A stretch of 64,000 nt of DNA. Source: an uncultured Chloroflexia bacterium (GTDB lineage: Bacteria > Chloroflexota > Anaerolineae > CG2-30-64-16). This document shows positions 12,201-21,729 of this stretch, piece by piece. Each line of letters begins with the position of its first letter. Within the stretch, counting starts at the first letter, position 1. The stretch lies in the NCBI GenBank assembly GCA_963774265.1, contig CAVZDU010000006.1, positions 32,001 to 96,000 on the forward strand. The letters are read 5' to 3'. The translations under genes were made by a program, and so were the position numbers. The notes below the pieces were generated by a model. The model was given only the letters and a program-made list of their open reading frames with translations. It did not search any database and had not been told where the DNA came from.

Positions 12201-12353
12201 ATGAAAGTCATTCGTTGGGATCACGAGAAGAATGAGAAGCTCAAGATGCACGACTATATCCATCTGGTGCCGTTCATCGAGACGGATGATGAAATCTTCC
12301 TGAAGACGATCATACCGAGTCGGAAGGCCGAAAAGGAATACTGCCATGAGTAA
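12201..12353 (+). pseudogene. BrnT-like toxin with in-frame internal deletion (50 aa)
   Basis: Translated by hand: MKVIRWDHEKNEKLK|MHDYIHLVPFIETDDEIFLKTIIPSRKAEKEYCHE. It has the N-terminal WDxxKN and C-terminal LVPF...FLKTIIPSRKA blocks of this toxin family but lacks the middle. Overlaps the antitoxin start; TTGACA at 12166. Confidence 0.7.
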
Positions 12354-12624
12354 CTATGATGAAGAAGAGCGAGAAATCATTATTGCCCTCGAGGCTGGCA
12401 AGCTGGAATCCACACGACCAAGCCGCGAACAGTTGGAACACCATCGCAGCTATGCCAGGAGCACGATGAGCAAGGACCAGCGAGTAAATATCAGGTTGTC
12501 GGAGAAGGACCTGGAAGATATTAAGATCAAAGCGATGGAAGAAGAAATCCCCTATCAGACGCTAATGGGTAGCATCCTGCACAAGTACGTCTCCGGGCGG
12601 CTGGTCGAAAAGCTCGGCTCGTAA
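12346..12624 (+). CDS. CopG/RHH-type (BrnA-like) antitoxin
   Basis: KDQRVNIRLSEKDLEDIKIKAMEEEIPYQTLMGSILHKY ribbon-helix-helix signature; coupled to the toxin gene. Confidence 0.85.
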   Translation: MSNYDEEEREIIIALEAGKLESTRPSREQLEHHRSYARSTMSKDQRVNIRLSEKDLEDIKIKAMEEEIPYQTLMGSILHKYVSGRLVEKLGS

Positions 12625-12646
12625 AGCGCGAGCACTGCGAGGACAG

Positions 12647-12690
12647 GCCGAGCGCGGGAGTTAGCGAACTGCCCCGCGCTCGGCTTTTTT
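12647..12690 (+). terminator. Rho-independent terminator
   Basis: GCCGAGCGCGGG...CCCGCGCTCGGC stem followed by TTTTTT. Confidence 0.75.
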
Positions 12691-12938
12691 GACCAGGTGC
12701 TACGGCAAATCCGTGGTTGTGCGTGGACCCCATGAAGACCTCCGCGTCCTGACAGTGAAGGTCCCAGGCTCTGGACTCTGCCCAAGAGCACAGGACTAGG
12801 GCTGTCAAAACCGAGAGGCAAGGGGCTGTCCGAAATGTAGGAGGAGCCCTTTTTTCACAATAGGAACTCGGCGGAACAGCAAAGTAGACGGTACTCGATG
12901 GCGATCGCACGATCGTCATCGCACGATCGCCATCGCAG

Positions 12939-13821
12939 CTATAACCAGGCCTGTCTTTCCGGTTCCCAGTGGCCCTGGGCTTGGCCATTGAGTACTGGAT
13001 CGATGAACGCCCGGGCCTGTGCGGCTGCTTCGGCCAGGGTCACGGCCGCCAGCCCGCTCTCTTGGGCCAGCTTGCGGTATTGGATCGTCCAGGCCGCCGG
13101 CGGCTGCGGTAGGCTGGTGGGTGGCTTGCCCGGTCCCTGGGTAGCAAAGGTCGCCTGGATGGCGGCGCGCAGCGGCAACGCGGCCACCGGGCCATAGCCG
13201 GCGATCAACAGGATATCGATCAGATCCTTGACCCGCGTGCTCTCGCCGCTGCCGCGCGGGCTTGACGTAGGCGTGCACTTTCTCAGCCAGATGCTGGCTG
13301 AGCGGATAGCACGGCAGCGTAAGCGCCGCGATGCCGGCAAATACCAATAGCGGCGGCGTAGTCAGCGCCTCGGCGGGCTCCAGCACCGGATCGCCCACGC
13401 CGATGTCCACGTGAAAGCTCTCGAACCTTCGGCTGTCCAGCCGGGCCGTAACGAAGAAGCGCCAGCCCCCATCGGCGAGGCCGGGCAGTTGAGCGGGATC
13501 CTGCTGTACAGTGAAACTGAACCAATCACCCAGGTCAAGTACCGCCGCACGCATCAGGGTGGGCCCGATCTGCGGGTGGGGCAGGCGCAGCAGCACATCG
13601 ATGTCCTTGGTGGTGCGGGCGCGCTCGCCCAAACGCAGCTGCAGGGCGAGACCGCCTTTTAACAGCCAACCGTCCGGCTGCGCGACCAACAGGCGGGCCA
13701 GGAAACGGTCGAAGGCGACGAGCTTGCGCAGGCGCACCAGCGACACCGACCCTTGAGTGCTCTGGTTGAGGAGACGCGCTTCGAGCGCGCGCCGGAAGGC
13801 CTGGCCGGTCTGATAGCTCAT
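12939..13821 (-). CDS. abiEii: Type IV TA toxin, AbiEii/AbiGii nucleotidyltransferase (frameshift ~13250)
   Basis: WLLKGGLALQLRL...RTTKDID; LAEKVHAY; STRVKDLIDI in the downstream frame. Confidence 0.88.
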
Positions 13822-13823
13822 GG

Positions 13824-14408
13824 TCAGTTGGTCTCTGCCAGCGCACTGCGCAGCACCTGCACCAAGCGAGCGCTCCGTTGTGCCGCCTCTGCCAACAGCT
13901 CTGCCGGAGTGGTCAATCCGGCGCGCACTGCCTCACGCGCCGCCTGCATCACGAACTCATCGGAGAGTCCGGCGAGCGCCACATCGGCAATGGTACGCGG
14001 CACTGTCGTCACCGGCAGTCCCTCATACTCGGTGATATCCGCCGGGTCGATCCGATTCGTATGCAGGCGGAGGCCCGAATGACGTCGCGAAGTGGTAGGC
14101 GACACGGTGACATGGATCGCCTCCGGCAGCACGTCCGAGAGTTCGTAGAGCAGCAGGGCGCTCTCGTGGGAGATCACCGAGCGGGGGCCGGCCGTCAGCC
14201 AAGCGATCACCAGATCTTCGTGACGTGAATGCGGAAACTGCGTCAGCCGATAGATGCCAGGACGGATGCGCAGTGCGCGGCCAACGTTTGCGAAGTACGC
14301 GAGCCGCCTTCGATCTACTCCGGCAGCAGCGGCCTGTGCCGTCGTGACGTAACCGGCCTGGCCTTCGGCGATCTCATAAAGCGTGGCAAGATGGTTGATC
14401 GGACTCAC
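13824..14408 (-). CDS. abiEi: Type IV TA antitoxin AbiEi
   Basis: AEGQAGYVTTAQA...RIRPGIYRL; VISHESALLLYEL; GLPVTTVPRTIAD; directly upstream of the toxin. Confidence 0.88.
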   Translation of the reverse strand: MSPINHLATLYEIAEGQAGYVTTAQAAAAGVDRRRLAYFANVGRALRIRPGIYRLTQFPHSRHEDLVIAWLTAGPRSVISHESALLLYELSDVLPEAIHVTVSPTTSRRHSGLRLHTNRIDPADITEYEGLPVTTVPRTIADVALAGLSDEFVMQAAREAVRAGLTTPAELLAEAAQRSARLVQVLRSALAETN

Positions 14409-14418
14409 ACGTCACCAA

Positions 14419-14484
14419 TGTGCAAGATGTCCCACAAATGCGGACATTATGCACATATTATAATCGAGCCGGTGCGTTTGACAA
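14419..14484 (-). promoter_or_regulatory. abiE promoter with inverted-repeat operator
   Basis: TGTGCAAGATGTCC (14419-14432) / GGACATTATGCACA (14442-14455), 12/14 inverted match. Minus-strand TATAAT at 14457-14462 and TTGTCA at 14479-14484. Confidence 0.65.
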
Positions 14485-14639
14485 GCCGTATAGGTGAATC
14501 ACAGCTGTAGGTAAAGAATCAGCGCCAGGATAGGGGCGGTGAACCCCACGATACGCCTTAAGCGCAGCCTGGTGGAGCTCAATCGCTCGTCAGACTCGCG
14601 GTTCCTTCGTCCCACTAAGATAGTCTAAAGCCAAGACAG

Positions 14640-17307
14640 CTACTGTAAAGTAGGGATTCTCACGGTTGTGCCGCGGAGAGACTCACCCGCAGCAGCGCGC
14701 CGGTGTGCGAGCCGGGTGTATGCCGCCACGGTTTCGGGCGTGCCCTCGGCGATGACCCGCCCGCCGGCCGCGCCGCCCTCCGGGCCCAGGTCGATGACCC
14801 AGTCGGCCACCTTGATCACGTCCAGGTTGTGCTCGATGACGATGACCGTGTTGCCCGCGTCCACCAGGCGCTGGAGCAGGCAGCAGCAGGTGCGCGGTGT
14901 CGGCCGGGTGCAGGCCGGTGGTGGGCTCGTCCAGCAGGTAGAGCGTGCGCCCGGTGGCGCGGCGGGCAAGCTCCCTGGCCAGCTTGACGCGCTGCGCCTC
15001 GCCGCCCGAGAAGGTGGAGGCGGGCTGTCCGAGCTGGAGATAGCCCAGGCCGGTCTCGACCATCAGCGCCAGGCGCGCCTTGGCCGCCGGGACGCCCTCG
15101 AACAGCGCCAGCGCCTCGGCGATGGTCAGGTCGAGCACCTGGGCGATGTCGTATCCGCCGCGTGTACTTCACCGCCAGCACCTCGCGCTTGTAGCGCCGG
15201 CCGCGGCAGGCCGGGCAGCGCACCAGCACGTCGGGCAGGAAGTGCATCTCCACCGAGAGCACCCCGGCGCCCTCGCAGCGCTCGCAGCGCCCGCCGGGGA
15301 CGTTGAACGAGAAGTGCTGGGCGGTCAGGCCGCGCGCGCGGGCGGCGGGCTGGGCGGCGAAGACTTCGCGGATGGCGGTGAAGGCGTCGGTGTAGGTGGC
15401 CGCGTTGGAGCGCGTGCTCCGCCCGATGGGCGCCTGGTCGATGGTGATGATCTTGTCCAGGTGCTCCCAGCCGGTGATGCTCGTCGTGGGCGCCCGGCGC
15501 GGCGGCCGCGCCGAAAAAGCGCTGGCGGGCGGCCCGGTCGAGGATGTCGAACATCAGCGAGGATTTGCCCGAACCGGAGACGCCGGTGACCGCCACCAGC
15601 ATCCCGCGCGCGCTGCCGGCTTCGCGCAGGGGAAAGCGCACGGTGATATCCTGCAGGTTGTGCTCGCGCGCGCCGTGGATGGTCAGGTACGGGCCGTCCG
15701 AGCGGCGGCGCTGCGCGGGGACGGCGATTTGCGCCGCGCCGCTCAGGTAGCGCCCGGTCAGCGATTCCGGACTGGCGGCCACCTGCTCCGGCGTGCCCTG
15801 GGCCACGATCTGCCCGCCGTTCCGCCCCGCGCCGGGGCCGAAATCGACCACCCAGTCGGCCGACGGCGATCATCTCCAGGTCGTGCTCGATGACCAGCAC
15901 GGTGTTGCCCAGGTCGCGCAGCGCGCGCAGCATGTTGATCAGGCGCGGGGTGTCGCGCGGGTGCAGCCCGATGGTCGGCTCGTCCAGCACGTACAGCACG
16001 CCGGTCAGCCCGGAGCCGAGCAGCGCCGCCAGGCGCAGGCGCTGCGCCTCGCCCGCCGAGAGCGAGGGCGTGGCCCGTTCGAGGGTCAGGTAGCCCAGCC
16101 CCACCTCCACCAGGCGCCGAACGCGCTCGCGCAGGTCGATCACGATCGGCTCGGCGATGAGCCAGTCCTCGGCGGGCAGCGCGGCGCTGCAGACCGTCGA
16201 TCCACTCCGCCAGCGCCAGCGAGCGACAGGCGCGAGAGAGCCTGCTCGGCTCGGGGATCGCTTGCGCTCCGCCACCAGCGTGGCGCCCCAGCACCGTCAC
16301 CGCGCGCGATTCGGGCCGCAGGCGCGCCCCGCCGCAGTCCGGGCAGGTCTGCGGGATCAGGAAGCGCTCGATCTTCTCCAGGTACTCGGCGTCGCTGGCG
16401 TGTTCGGCGTGGCGGCGCAGCAGGGTGGTGACGATGCCCTCGAAGCGGCCTTTGGCGACGGTGGCGGGCGGTTCCACGCCGGGGAAGTGCCGTTGGAAGG
16501 GCTGGCCCGTCGACCCCGTACAGCAGCAGGTCACGCTGGACCGGGCCCAGCGCGCGGATGGGCAGCGCCGGGTCGAAGTCGAAGCCGTAGTGGCGCCCGG
16601 CGGCTGCGCAGCGTCTCGGCGTAGCGCGGAATGGCATAGACGTGGATCCCAGCCCGCCACCGCGCCGTCGAGGATGCTCTTGTCTTCGTCCAGCAGGCGG
16701 GCCAGGTCGGGGGCGTAGATCGTGCCCAGCCCGGTGCAGGTGGGGCAGGCCCCGGCCGGCTTGTTGAACGAGAACATGGCCATGTTCATCTCGGGCAGGC
16801 GCGCGCCGCAGTGCGGGCAGGCCACCCACCCGCCGCCCGTCGTCAGCCGTCCTCGGCGTCCGCCGCGGCGTCATCCATCCCCGGCAGCTCAGCCGCCTCG
16901 TCGTCCCACAGCCCCTCGAAACCGCCCTCGTGCGCGGGCGGAACGTCCTCCCCGCACTGCGGGCAGGGCCGGTGGCCGACCCGCGCGAAGAGCACGCGCA
17001 GGTAGGTGAACACCTCGGTGGCCGTGCCCACCGTCGAGCGCGGCGAGCGGTTGGTCAGGCCCTGGTCCACGCTGATCGAGGGCGACAGCCCGGTGATGCT
17101 GTCGACGGGCGGCTTGCTGGCGTAGGTGACCATCCCCAGCGACTCCATGTACTGGCGCTGGCCCTCTTTGTGCAGCGTGTCGAAAGCCATGGTCGACTTG
17201 CCCGAGCCGGACACCCCGGTGAAGACGACCAGCTTGTTCTTGGGGATCGATAACGAAACGTTCTTGAGGTTGTGCAGGCGCGCACCCCGAATGGTTATGG
17301 CAGACAC
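14640..17307 (-). CDS. uvrA: UvrA-family ABC ATPase, class II/UvrA2-like (multiple frameshifts; 3' end approximate)
   Basis: [16 protein letters not shown]...TGVSGSGKS; [17 protein letters not shown]; [12 protein letters not shown]...[10 protein letters not shown]; second [10 protein letters not shown]; [12 protein letters not shown]...[10 protein letters not shown]...VIEHNLD. Short, with no obvious UvrB-binding insert. Confidence 0.85.
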
Positions 17308-17323
17308 GCGGGGAACTCCTTTT

Positions 17324-17386
17324 CGGCTTCAATGGTTTTGCAAAAGACTAACACGCTGTAATCTCCGCTGTCAACCATTGAAGACG
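17324..17386 (-). promoter_or_regulatory. uvrA promoter enclosed by a 14-bp inverted repeat
   Basis: CGGCTTCAATGGTT (17324-17337) / AACCATTGAAGACG (17373-17386). Minus-strand TTGACA at 17369-17374 and TAGTCT at 17345-17350. Confidence 0.5.
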
Positions 17387-17399
17387 GGGCGCGGCGTTT

Positions 17400-17615
17400 C
17401 TACGGTTGATCGGCCATGGGAGATGCCCGCGGCGTCGTCATCCTCATCAACTCCCGATATGACTCGACTCCCAACAAAACCGCCACCGGCATCCCATCCC
17501 GCAACACCACAAACCGCATATTGAAGTACAACACCCGATCGATCGTGTATCGCAGGTTTGCCCGCAGCTCCGTCAGCGTGACCGGCGTCGGCGTCGCCTC
17601 TTCCACTTCGTTCAT
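17400..17615 (-). CDS. Phd/YefM-family antitoxin-like protein
   Basis: [17 protein letters not shown]...[19 protein letters not shown] matches the Phd/YefM pattern; AGGAAGGA RBS. Confidence 0.75.
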   Translation of the reverse strand: MNEVEEATPTPVTLTELRANLRYTIDRVLYFNMRFVVLRDGMPVAVLLGVESYRELMRMTTPRASPMADQP

Positions 17616-17626
17616 TCCTTCCTCTT

Positions 17627-17730
17627 GTCACCGCGTCACCGCGTCACCGCGTCACCGCTTAACACCCCCCGTTTTTCAAAAGAACGTTGGTTTTTGAAAA
17701 ACACCCAACTCGTAGCGGTGACGCGGTGAC
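17627..17730. repeat. Iteron-like putative replication origin
   Basis: GTCACCGC x4 tandem (17627-17658); AT-rich palindrome GTTTTTCAAAA/TTTTGAAAAAC (17671-17702); GCGGTGAC x2 inverted (17715-17730), abutting the primase stop codon. Confidence 0.7.
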
Positions 17731-17733
17731 ACC

Positions 17734-20632
17734 TCATGCCGGCGCCTCGTCGCGCCCTGTTGGAGCGTCCTCCGCGGCATCGGCCAACGTCAGCCGCGTC
17801 AGGTGAAGCACCCGCGTCCTGGTTCCGGCCACGCGCACCAGCTTCGTTCGCCGCCCGGCATCGTGGCTCGCCAGGTGGCCCATCCCCTCCAATTGCGCGT
17901 ACAGCGCCTCGTTACTGATCCCGTTCAGCCACTCCGCGCCGCGTACCCGCGCCGTTTCGCGCAGCGCGATGTCCGGCAGCAAATAAGTCCCGCCGTCCGG
18001 CGCGGCCCACCCCACCAGCGTCCGATGGTCACCCCCGTGCACCAGCTCCGGCCTGAGCGCCTTGTCCCGGTGGCCCACCACGCACTCGCCGCTCGCCAGC
18101 AGCTCGCTCAACACCTGGAGGAAACGCGCGGCCTCCAGGCTGTCCGCGGTCTGCTGCGCCATCTCATCGGCCAGCAGCTCCAGCCCGCGGCGATGCTCGC
18201 CTGCCAGGCTCTCTGCCAGCGGACCCAGCAGCGGATGGCGGCACACCACCTCCCACGTCAGCTCGTTCGAGGCCAGGTTCGACGCCACGCGCAGCGGATT
18301 GACCACCCCCCGGCTCGCCCGGGTCAACCGCTCGGCCCACGCCGCGCGACGCTCCACGAACGCGCGTCCCGCGGTCTCCGCGGCCAGCCGGCCCGCGTCC
18401 GTTTCCAGCCACTCGATCCACGCGGCGCCGAGGTGGATCAGCGACCCCGCGTCAGCCTGCGCGGCGGCCAACAAGGCATTGTGCTCGCCGCTCGGCCATG
18501 CCAGCGGCACAACCAGGACGCGCGCCAGGCTTGCGGTGTCGCTCGCCGGCACGTCTTCGCCGGTGAACAGCGGCCAGCACTCGATCGGCTTGCCCGCCTG
18601 CAGCTCTGACCGCGCGTTCAAACGCTCGCGGGCCGCCCTCCACCTGGTTGTGCAGCAGGTTCACGAACCCCCGGCACCCGTCCCCTGTGTTCGGCTTGAA
18701 GTTGTCCACGAACAGCACCATGTCGTTTGCCGATTCCGAGTAGGCCAGGATCGCATTGCGCGTCGCGCCCTCGCCCAGCTTTAGCAGATACTGGTCTGAG
18801 GCGAACCCCGTGCCGTACAGGCACATCAGCGTCTGCGCCAGCGAGGTCTTCAGGCTCCCGGTTCGGCCTGCGATGAACACCGCGTACCGGTCGTTCGTCC
18901 ACCCCGCCAGCTTGCCCAGCGGCGCCTGGAACAGCAGCGCCGCGATCACCGTGGTCCGGCAGGGATCCAGGCTGCGCAACGCCGCGTCTAGCGCCTTGGC
19001 GGCCACAGAGAACACGGAGTTCTCAGAGGCTTCGCAAGATTCGGCAATTGCGGAGTGGTCCGCGGGCCACGCGTAGGGCAATTTGCGCACCTTGACCTCC
19101 AGCCCGTCCACCGCGCGCCCCGGCATCAGGAACTTGAGCCGGTCCCCGACTTTCGCCCAACCAGTCCGGCTGTAGCAGCGCTTCGTCGCGACATCCTGGC
19201 CGGTCAGCAGCTGGATCGCGGGCCGCAGGTGCGATTCCATGCCCGCGCGCACCGCAGACCGCGCGCCTGCCGCACCGGTCAGGGCAGACAGCAGGCTGCG
19301 GCCGCTGGCGAACTCATCCACGGGCATGTCTAGCCGCAGCGGCCGCCCCTCGGCGGTCGCGCCTGCCAGCGTGAACCACACCTGGCCGTCCTCCGCCCGC
19401 GACTCCTCCACGATCTGCACGTAGAAGTCCGCGATCGTCTGCCGCCGCGCCTCATACACCTCCCCCTCCCGCGTCATGCCCCACACCACCCGGAACATCC
19501 GAGCGCCCTCCACCACGTACGGCAGCCTCTCGCCGCCCACCGCCGGCGCCTGCCCGGGGCTGCTCTTCCACCCCGATGTGGGAGCGGAGCAGGAAGGGCT
19601 GAATTTTCCATCTTCCTGCTTCCCTCTTCCTTCAATGAGCTCCCTCAGCTGCCGCCAGCCTTTCCCCCTGCATGAATTGTGGTGACACCCGGCCGCGATC
19701 GTGCCATCGGGCTGTTGGACGATATACGCGCTGCTCAAGTGGTTGGGGTTCCACGGGCACTCCGGGAATTCCCACCGCCGCCCTCCCATATTCCCCCACG
19801 GCCGCTCATCGCCCACCGGCGCCCGGTGGATCTCGATCCACCGCCGCAGGTCGAAATTCTCAACTTGTGCCCTTTGCGTTCTTTGCGGCTCAACCCCTTG
19901 CGCCACGCCAGCCAACACCTCCCGCGGCACACACCGCATCTCCCCCGGCGCGTCCAAAATGCGCGCCACGCGGTGCGGCCGTTCCGCCGTGTTATCCCCT
20001 TTGGCTGCCACCGTCCCATACAGCTTCCAAATGCGCGCCGGATTGAACACCTTCTGATCTACCGTCACCCGCGCGTCGTCAAAGCGCCCGGCCAGGCCGG
20101 CCAGCACCTGGGCGATGAGCCCATCCTCACCGTCCGGGCCCGCCGGCAGGTGCACCCGGTACAAGAGATGCGCGCCGTTGCCCGAGTCCGCGAGGAGCGG
20201 ATCCGGCCAATTCAGCTCGGCCAGCGCGGCCCGGATCTCACGCGCCCGGTCCAGCGCCAGGCTGTGCTCCTCGTCCGATGCGGAGATGCCGGCCGGCCGC
20301 ACAGGATCGCAGTCGATCGGCAGCCAGCGCCGGCACGCGATATCGGCGTCCCCTGCCAGCGGGTCCTTCGCACCGATATCCATCACGTGATTCTCGGACC
20401 GCGCCATCAGCGCGGGCAGCACCGGGTTCAACGTCACATACACACCGCGCCCGCGCAGCCCGGCCGCGGCCGACGCCAGAAGGTTCCAGTCGTCGAAATA
20501 CCCCGCGACCGTGTGCGGCCGCCGCCACCCCTGCGTCACACACTCCAACGCCCGCAACTCGACCACCTGGCCCGGCGCAAACAAGGCCCCGCACGCAGCC
20601 AGGATCTCCGCCCGATCGCTCAACACCCGCAT
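17734..20632 (-). CDS. AEP primase-polymerase fused to Zn-finger and DUF927-like P-loop helicase (frameshift ~18630)
   Basis: AEP motifs WLPIDCD, DSGNGAHLLY and VDQKVFNPARIWKLYGT; CPWNPNH...CHHNSC; SRTGW; Walker A GRTGSLKT and Walker B LFVDN. C-terminal part is in ORF 17734..18621. Confidence 0.8.
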
Positions 20633-20858
20633 CAGTCACCCCCAATGCGTCCTTGATTTGCATCTTGTAAATCAATCGATTCGTCTGTTCTATTATATTC
20701 TAAAACAGGGCGTAGTCAATAGCTTCTTGGGATATCCGAGAAATATTGGGATATCTTGGGGTTATTTTTCCGGGGTCCGGCGGAATCTGTTCTTGACGCG
20801 GCCAGAAATGTCGCTAAGATGCGCTATGACGCTATTATCAGAGACAAGGGGGAGCGAG

Positions 20859-21662
20859 ATGCCGATCAAAGTCTGTGTGGCCGGTGCAACGGGGTGGACG
20901 GGCGCCCCGCTCACGCGGCGCATCCTGGAGTCGCAAGAGTTTCAGTTGGTGGGCGCGATCGCGCGGCGCAACGTAGGCCGCGATGTGGGTGAGGCGCTGG
21001 GGCTGCCGGCCGCGGGCGTCGAGATCGCCGAGACGTTGGAGGACGCGCTGCGGGTCCAGCCCGACGTGCTCATCGACTACACCCATCCCGGCACGGTGAA
21101 GGCGCGCATCCTCAGCGCACTGGATTGTGGCGTGCGGGTGATCGTCGGCACCTCAGGGCTGGTCGCCGCGGACTATGACGAGATCGGGCGGCGGGCCGAG
21201 GAACGAGGGCTCGGCGTGATCGCGGCCGGCAACTTCTCGGTCACCGCAGCACTGGCCAAACACTTCAGCCTCCTTGCGGCCAAATACCTGCCCTCGTGGG
21301 AGATCATCGACTACGCGCATGCCGGCAAGGTGGATGCGCCCAGCGGAACGACCCAGGAGCTGGCCGAAGCGCTGGGCCAGGTCGCGACCAACAAGCTGGG
21401 GCTCCCGATCGAAAGCACCCACGGTCCGAAAGAGGCGCGGGGGGTCAGCATCGGCGGCAGCCAGGTGCATTCGGTGCGCCTGCCCGGCTACGTGATCGCG
21501 TTCGAAACCCTTTTTGGCCTCCCCGACGAGCGGCTCACCATCCGGCACGATGCCGGGTCGGGCGCGGAGCCTTACATTGCGGGCACGCTGCTCGCAACCC
21601 GACGCGTGATGGAGATCACCGGCCTGGTGCGCGGGCTGGACACGTTGTTGTTCCAGGCGTAG
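20859..21662 (+). CDS. dapB: 4-hydroxy-tetrahydrodipicolinate reductase
   Basis: IKVCVAGATGWTG; IVGTSG; HAGKVDAPSGT; HSVRLPG; LTIRHD; GGGGAG RBS before ATG 20859. Confidence 0.93.
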   Translation: MPIKVCVAGATGWTGAPLTRRILESQEFQLVGAIARRNVGRDVGEALGLPAAGVEIAETLEDALRVQPDVLIDYTHPGTVKARILSALDCGVRVIVGTSGLVAADYDEIGRRAEERGLGVIAAGNFSVTAALAKHFSLLAAKYLPSWEIIDYAHAGKVDAPSGTTQELAEALGQVATNKLGLPIESTHGPKEARGVSIGGSQVHSVRLPGYVIAFETLFGLPDERLTIRHDAGSGAEPYIAGTLLATRRVMEITGLVRGLDTLLFQA

Positions 21663-21729
21663 CCCCGGCGACCGGTTTCCCGGTCCACCGCGCCGCGTTC
21701 GCAGGAACTGAGCCTCAAGACGCGAATGA

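Noticed and set aside
12691-12937. Possible ncRNA or IS end between the two TA loci (GGGCTGTC twice; ATCGCACGATCGYC x2)
   Set aside because: No recognisable RNA family, transposase or paired terminal repeats; the short repeats fit simple terminator-like hairpins.
17300-20860. Intact prophage or ICE around the primase gene
   Set aside because: No integrase, structural or conjugation genes, tRNA target or att direct repeats found.
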